DNA from: an uncultured cyanobacterium
GTDB lineage: Bacteria > Cyanobacteriota > Cyanobacteriia > Cyanobacteriales > Cyanobacteriaceae
Reading direction: 5' to 3'
Length of the DNA: 64,000 bases
Assembly (NCBI GenBank): GCA_963710605.1
Contig: CAVQBA010000007.1
Coordinates: 192,001 to 256,000, forward strand
In this document: piece by piece, positions 57,822 through 64,000 of the stretch
Position numbering within the stretch: the stretch's first letter is position 1
Layout: every line of letters starts with the position of its first letter
Notes under the pieces: generated by a model
What the model was told of the DNA's origin: nothing
What the model saw: the letters and a program-made list of their open reading frames with translations, nothing else
The model's database searches: none
Program-made: the position numbers and the translations under genes

Positions 57822-57911
57822 TTGTAGGGTGGGCAATGCCCACCATATTTTTTCTCGCTTTTTCTGTGTATTGTTTATGTTTTTTTTGAATAGAATAATA
57901 TAGATATTTGA

Positions 57912-58528
57912 TTAACATTGGCTGTTATTAATACTTCCATCGGGCATGATAGTATCTTTGAAAATAGTCTTTTTAAAAATAACTCTTTCACAAATCAAAT
58001 CGCCACTGTTAAAAGTTCCCAACTCGCACCCAGTAAAATTAGCTTTAGTCAAATCGGCTTCGGAAAAATCGGTTTCCATAAAAGAAGCGTTGGTGAAATC
58101 GGCTTCAGTCAGATTAGCAGTATTAAACCAAGCCCCTTGCACTTGACTTCCTCTCAAATTAGCTCTACTTAAATTAGTGTCAACAAAACAAACCTCTGCT
58201 AAATTAGCTCTACTAAGATTTGCTCCAATCAATTGGTTCTATGACAAGTCGCTTTTTCCAAGTTAGAATCGCTCAAGTCAGCCCCATTCAAGTCAGCCTC
58301 TTCAAAATGGGCATAACATAAGTCAAGTCCACTTAGAATAGCATGACTGAAATTGACTTGATGACAATGGAGAATAATACTTCTCAAATCACTAAATCTA
58401 AAATCAGCCCCGCTCAAGTTGATACCCATAAAATCTTCCCTATGAGTATGAGCAATTTCAATTTTAGTGAAGTCTCTTTCTCCAGCAGAACATCTTCTAA
58501 GCAATTCTTCAATAGTCATCTCGTTCAT
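57912..58528 (-). CDS. Pentapeptide repeat protein, split near 58230
   Basis: EELLRRCSAGERDF, A(D/N)LxxA repeats and DTIMPDG. One added T joins the two ORFs. Confidence 0.8.
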
Positions 58529-58950
58529 AGTTTTTATCTTCTTAATAATTAATTAACTAAAATCATAATCTTAATAATATTTATAAATTTCCACTGTAAG
58601 TATCGAGATTTTTAGGATTAAAGGATTTGCTGGATTGCTACTTATTATGTATCGATTTAGGTTGTGAATCGATCGAATTGTTTAGAAAATTAAAGAATTA
58701 AAAAAAGAAAAAGTCCTGCTAATCCATCAATCCTGTCTAAGTAATGATTAAGACAGTTGAGTATAATAATTTCAATTTAAGCGAATAACATTTACTTAAT
58801 CTTTTTACCGAAAAAGTCGATCGTTATCTTCCTTAGTAATCATTAGACATTTGGTAATAACTATTCAATAAGGGTCAAAACCCTAAACGATCGAACCGAT
58901 AATAAATCTTTTGTGTGAGTATAAGTAGTTTGGATTTTAATTAATTATTT

Positions 58951-59337
58951 TTATTCCCACAAAGTTTGAATCGGATAATCCGTGAAATTACTATCTCTAC
59001 TAATTAAAATTAGCGATCTTTCTATTGCTTGAACAATCAACATTCTATCAAAAGGATCTCTATGATACAAAGGTAAACTAGAAAGTCTTTTGGTGTCGTT
59101 AAAAGATATTGGTAATAAAATAATATCTGATGAATTTAATTCGATTTCAATTTGCTCATAATCTTTTTGAAGAGATAATTTACCAATATTTACCTTAATA
59201 GCAATTTCCCAAAGACTAACAATACTAAGGTAAACAGTCTCGGCTCGATCGATTTTACTTCGTAAATTAGCTGACATATTAGAATCATTTTCCGATAACC
59301 AAACAAAAGCATGAGTATCTAATAGAAAATTTGTCAT
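58951..59337 (-). CDS. vapC: Type II TA toxin, VapC (PIN domain)
   Basis: LLDTHAFVW, SLWEIAIK, HRDPFDRMLI and LISRD. Confidence 0.92.
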   Translation of the reverse strand: MTNFLLDTHAFVWLSENDSNMSANLRSKIDRAETVYLSIVSLWEIAIKVNIGKLSLQKDYEQIEIELNSSDIILLPISFNDTKRLSSLPLYHRDPFDRMLIVQAIERSLILISRDSNFTDYPIQTLWE

Positions 59338-59567
59338 GACATATATTCTTTAAAATCTTCTTCTAAAGGCTCATCAAAATCATCAGGTAATGGCAACACA
59401 AATGTTCCTTCTAAAATACCCGAACGTCGCTTCTTTGTCTGCTTTCGTAGTTCAGAATTATTTGGGCTATGTTTCTCTTGTAAATATTGAGCATAATGCA
59501 ACAATTCTTCTTGAAGAGAGTGAGGCATTTGTTGTAAGGTTTTTAATATTTGAGTTTCGATATCCAT
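59334..59567 (-). CDS. DUF2281 family antitoxin
   Basis: LQEELLHYAQYL..RRSGILEG..DDFDEPLEEDFKEYM; 4-nt overlap with vapC. Confidence 0.85.
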   Translation of the reverse strand: MDIETQILKTLQQMPHSLQEELLHYAQYLQEKHSPNNSELRKQTKKRRSGILEGTFVLPLPDDFDEPLEEDFKEYMS

Positions 59568-59932
59568 AGTTTTGATTTATTTTTTAAGATTCGATCGCTT
59601 ATTAGTAAATATTGTCTCTAAATCCATTTTATTTGCGTTTAATCAAGTTAATCAAACTCCTTCAAAAAACAATGAAGATTTAGATTTAATTATCGTAAAA
59701 ACGATCGTTATCGATCATGAAGGGAAAAAAAAGTAAGGTAATTTCTACCAATAAAAATACCCAGAGCAATTATTATAAGTTTTGTTTTAAAAAAAATAGC
59801 TCTCCTCTCCTCGCAGGAGAGGGGTTGGGGGTGAGGTTGAATAAAAATGAGGCTGATACTTTTTTTCATGGGAATGTCGTAAGTAGTAAACTAAAGCAAA
59901 AAATTACTTTTAGTTACCACATTAACTACATC

Positions 59933-61726
59933 CTATTCAATATTAATTTTATAAGGTAGAATACTGTAAACTTGAGCGGGATTTTCGAGCATTTGCTTGA
60001 GTTGTAACTCGGTTTGCGAAGCTAAAATCATCTTAGTTAAAGTTTCTTTATCGATTACATTACCGTTGATGTTAGTACCAGCCAGTTTATTTAAAAATTC
60101 TGTTTCAAAATTTTTAGGTGCGGGATAACTTGAAATTTTGTATTTATTATTCAAACCGAGTTTTTGGTTAAGATATCCTATACTTTCACTTAAGCCACCT
60201 ATCTCATCAACTAAGCCGTTTTCAATTGCGGATTTACCTGACCAAACTCTACCTTGAGCAATTTCTTGTACTTGTGTTTTTGGTAAATTTCTTGCCGTGG
60301 CAACTTTATCTAAAAATAAGTCATAAATACGATCGACACTATCTTGATATACTGCTATTTCTGCATCAGTTTTTTCTTGGAAAATATTACCAATATCAGC
60401 AAATTCATTTGTTTTAACAACGTCGTTATTGACACCATTTTCTTGGGCAATATCTCTAACATTGAATAAGACACCAAATACACCGATCGAGCCTGTGATA
60501 CTAGTCTCACTCGCAAATATTTTTTCTCCTGCTGTGGCAATCCAATAACCCCCAGATGCGGCAACATCCCCCATCGAAACAACCACTGGTTTTTCTTTAG
60601 CTGTTAATTGTAATTCTCTTAAAATTAATTCTGAAGCAACTGCACTTCCTCCTGGGCTATTTATTCTAGCGACAACGCCTTTAATATTTTTATTTTTACG
60701 AATTTTACGAATTTCATTGATATAACGACTACTACCAACTTGCCCTGTTTGCCCTTCACCATCAACTATTGCCCCTTCTAGATAAAGGATTGCTATTTGA
60801 TTGTCATTATATTTATTAGCAGTAGGATTAGCGTTGAGATAGGTTTTGATATCTACTTGACGAAAATTATCTTTTGTTTGACTATTGGTTAATGTTTTTA
60901 AGCGATCGATTATTTCATCTTGATAACTAACTTGATCGATTAATTTTAATTGTTGTGCTTCAGTGCTTGGTAAAATACCTTGTTTGTCAGCAATTGTATC
61001 TAATCTGTCTGGTTTAATCTCACGATTTTGGGTAACAGTATCTAAATACGAATCCCAAATATTATCTAATAATTCGGCAGTTTGTAATTTGCTTTCGCCA
61101 CTAAAATCAGTGCGAGTAAAAGGCTCAATTGCTGACTTATATTTACCTACTCTAATAATTTGTACACCAATACCATATTTATCAAAAGCATTAGCAAAGA
61201 ATAACTGCGAACTAGCTAAACCATTTACTTCCATCACTCCCATCGGATTGAGATTAATTTCATCGGCAACAGAAGTTAAAAAATAATCTTTTTCTCCTGC
61301 CGAGATATTGTAAGCAATAACTTTTTTACCACTTTCACGAAATTTTGCTAGAGCATTTCTAATTTCAGTTAAGGTAGCATAACCATTTAAAATATTACCT
61401 TTTGTACCATCTAAATAGATAGCTGTAATACGATCGTCTGTAGTTGCTTGAGCGATCGCTGTGGTAATCTGATTTAATGTTAAAACGTTATTGTTACTGA
61501 TTAATAAAGGAATATTTTCGGTTACTTGATAATCACTAATCTGACTACTAAGATCAAATACTAGAGCCGATTGATTTTCGATTTTAGCGGTTGTATTGTT
61601 GTTGCTACTCATTACCAGTGCAATTAACAAAACTACAAAACCTCCTCCAGTTAAAAGGAAAAATAACAATATCCCTGCAAAACTACCGATTGTACTACTG
61701 AGGACTTGTTGTAGAAATTTTTTCAT
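59933..61726 (-). CDS. sppA: Signal peptide peptidase SppA, long form
   Basis: RVGKYKSAIEP, RINSPGGS, SMGDVAASGGYW, TGSIGV and IAQGRVWSG. Confidence 0.94.
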   Translation of the reverse strand: MKKFLQQVLSSTIGSFAGILLFFLLTGGGFVVLLIALVMSSNNNTTAKIENQSALVFDLSSQISDYQVTENIPLLISNNNVLTLNQITTAIAQATTDDRITAIYLDGTKGNILNGYATLTEIRNALAKFRESGKKVIAYNISAGEKDYFLTSVADEINLNPMGVMEVNGLASSQLFFANAFDKYGIGVQIIRVGKYKSAIEPFTRTDFSGESKLQTAELLDNIWDSYLDTVTQNREIKPDRLDTIADKQGILPSTEAQQLKLIDQVSYQDEIIDRLKTLTNSQTKDNFRQVDIKTYLNANPTANKYNDNQIAILYLEGAIVDGEGQTGQVGSSRYINEIRKIRKNKNIKGVVARINSPGGSAVASELILRELQLTAKEKPVVVSMGDVAASGGYWIATAGEKIFASETSITGSIGVFGVLFNVRDIAQENGVNNDVVKTNEFADIGNIFQEKTDAEIAVYQDSVDRIYDLFLDKVATARNLPKTQVQEIAQGRVWSGKSAIENGLVDEIGGLSESIGYLNQKLGLNNKYKISSYPAPKNFETEFLNKLAGTNINGNVIDKETLTKMILASQTELQLKQMLENPAQVYSILPYKINIE

Positions 61727-62328
61727 AAATTTTGTTGATATTAGGAGAATGATTAAATTAAGTTTTTGTCTGAGGCTATCTTAATAACTATTCTAAATCA
61801 ATAGTTTAGATGAATACATTATCTCGATCGATTTATTCTTGATTAGATTAAGTTTGTTTTAATATAGCTTTTTTCGTATTTACAAGATACACAAAAAATG
61901 GTAGGTCTCCCGAATATGGGGGCAGGGCTGTTTCATGTCTTATTTTTGTATTTTCTAAAACTAAGAAATAGCAGTAAATGGATCGCAGTTTTTTTCTAAT
62001 CGTAAAAACACAATGTAACCAAATTGCTCGATCGTACGTAGTTATAGCTTCTAGCTATTTATTTTGAGCAGATAGCTATTTTTGGCGAACGAGAATAAAT
62101 CAGCACTGCGAGCGAACATGGGGGAGATGAGTAGGGGATTAATGGATCTAACTTACGAATCGATCGCTCTTTCAGTCGATCGTCTTTTTACTCAAAATAA
62201 ACTATTACAATAGTAATTAATTTAGAACCAAATAGCTAATTGAGAGCAAAAACTGGAACAATAATGTTTGCCTTCGAGTCATAAACTGATTAAGCTACAA
62301 AACCCCTATCACCTATTTATTATGTACT

Positions 62329-63774
62329 ATGAGTAAAAATCTTTGGTCAAAAATTGCAATTAGCCTACTTACTTGCCTCAGTCAAACCCTAGTTTTTTTT
62401 CCTGCTTCTGCGGCTACTGACGGTTATTGTAAATTAGATGGTCAAAGTATCAATAGTAAAAACAACCTCCGAGAATTAACCATTAAGGGGGATATTTCAG
62501 CTCAAAAAGAATACAAACAGATAATTCAACAACATAGTCAACAGTTAAATAATTGTCGTGGTAACAATTGGTTAAAAGAACAAGCTATCTGGGTAAGACT
62601 TTATCCTTGTGATGTGAAAGCAGGCTCGATCGAAAAAGTATTAGATCAAATAGTTAACCTTGGTTACAATACTATTTATCTAGAAGTATTTTTTAATGGT
62701 CAAGTATTGTTACCTAAAAATAATAATAATACTGCTTGGCCAAGTGTTGTCGATACTCCAGGTTACGAAAAAAGAGATTTATACGCCGAAACGTTAAAAC
62801 TTGGCAGAGAAAGAGGTTTAAAAGTTTATGCTTGGATGTTTTCGCTTAATTTTGGTTACGGCTATTCTACTAAACCGAGTAAGCAATCAGTTTTGGCAAT
62901 TAATGGTAAAGGACAAAATAGTATAGATGTAGTTCACGATCGCTCACAGCTATTTGTTGACCCCTACAATAGCCAAGCTAGACAAGATTATACTCAGATG
63001 TTACAAGCTATTTTACAACGTCGTCCTGATGGTGTTTTATTCGACTATATCCGTTATCCTCGTGGTAGTGGTAGCGAATCTGTGGCGGGTAATGTCAAAG
63101 ATTTATGGATTTACAGTCCAGCATCCAAACAAGCATTATTAAATCGTGCTTTAAATCAACAAGGAAAATGGTTACTAGCCAGATATATAGATAAAGGTGG
63201 TATTAATAGTAGCGATTTAGCACAAATGAAGAGTTTGTATCCCGATGAAGATGGCCCTTTATGGCAAGGAAGAAACCCTAATAGTTCTAATAGTTTAAGC
63301 AACTTACAAATTGATATTTGGTATTTTACTGTTGCTCATGCGGCTCAAGGTGTAATTGATTTTTTAGATTTTGTTTCTGGGCAAGTATATCAAAGGGGTA
63401 TTAATAGCGGTGCTGTATTTTTTCCTGATGGTAACAAAGTAGTTGGTAATATCGGTTTTGATTCTCGTTTACAACCTTGGGACAGTTTTTCTCCTAGCTT
63501 AGAATGGCACGCTATGTCTTATGCTTTGTGTGGTAATCCTGATTGTATTGTCAAACAAGTTAAACGAGTTACAAAGATAAATCCTAATAGCAACAAAGTT
63601 AAACCTGTTTTAGCTGGTTTTTGGGGCAGACAAGACGGAAAACGTCCTTCTTTAGAGTCTCAGATGCAAGCAATTAGATATGCAGATAAATCGATCGATT
63701 CGATTAGTCATTTTGCCTATTCTTGGCTTGAAGTTGAACATACCAAAGAAAGACAAAGTTGTAGTTTTCCTTAA
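62329..63774 (+). CDS. Secreted glycoside hydrolase-like family 10 protein
   Basis: Signal peptide, AIWVRLYPCD, RGLKVYAW and PDGVLFDYIRYP. Confidence 0.8.
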   Translation: MSKNLWSKIAISLLTCLSQTLVFFPASAATDGYCKLDGQSINSKNNLRELTIKGDISAQKEYKQIIQQHSQQLNNCRGNNWLKEQAIWVRLYPCDVKAGSIEKVLDQIVNLGYNTIYLEVFFNGQVLLPKNNNNTAWPSVVDTPGYEKRDLYAETLKLGRERGLKVYAWMFSLNFGYGYSTKPSKQSVLAINGKGQNSIDVVHDRSQLFVDPYNSQARQDYTQMLQAILQRRPDGVLFDYIRYPRGSGSESVAGNVKDLWIYSPASKQALLNRALNQQGKWLLARYIDKGGINSSDLAQMKSLYPDEDGPLWQGRNPNSSNSLSNLQIDIWYFTVAHAAQGVIDFLDFVSGQVYQRGINSGAVFFPDGNKVVGNIGFDSRLQPWDSFSPSLEWHAMSYALCGNPDCIVKQVKRVTKINPNSNKVKPVLAGFWGRQDGKRPSLESQMQAIRYADKSIDSISHFAYSWLEVEHTKERQSCSFP

Positions 63775-63829
63775 TCGATCGATTTTCATCCGTAAAGACG
63801 TTGCGTTGTAACGCCTGTTTGTCCATTAA

Positions 63830-64000
<171 letters not shown>

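Noticed and set aside
59717..59959. 80-aa ORF
   Set aside because: Runs through a dispersed hairpin repeat (SPLLAGEGLGVR) and overlaps the sppA 3' end.

Overview
AT-rich cyanobacterial chromosome segment. The 16S sequence, abundant CGATCG/GCGATCGC (HIP1) sites and heptamer STRR repeats fit a Geminocystis/Cyanobacterium-like strain; this assignment is inferred. Most of the window is housekeeping: hisZ, suhB, ferredoxin, proS, fabH, nrdA, ndhA, rbfA, ndhR/ccmR, a full rrn operon with tRNA-Ile/tRNA-Ala, ggpP/stpA, hemA, topA, csaB, pilT, sbcD, gatA and sppA. Small accessory islets carry four type II TA loci (two damaged), pentapeptide-repeat genes, orphan ORFs and several families of MITE/REP-like repeats. 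About a dozen single-base indels split at least 8 genes, including essential gatA, so they are probably sequencing errors rather than true pseudogenes. The best candidate for an undescribed system is at 33.2-36.3 kb. A HutC-type GntR regulator lies divergent from a promoter bracketed by two 16-bp palindromic operators. That promoter would drive an unannotated ~39-aa peptide ORF, a MocD-like membrane di-iron oxygenase/desaturase and a MetX-like alpha/beta hydrolase. No CRISPR array, transposase or prophage was seen.
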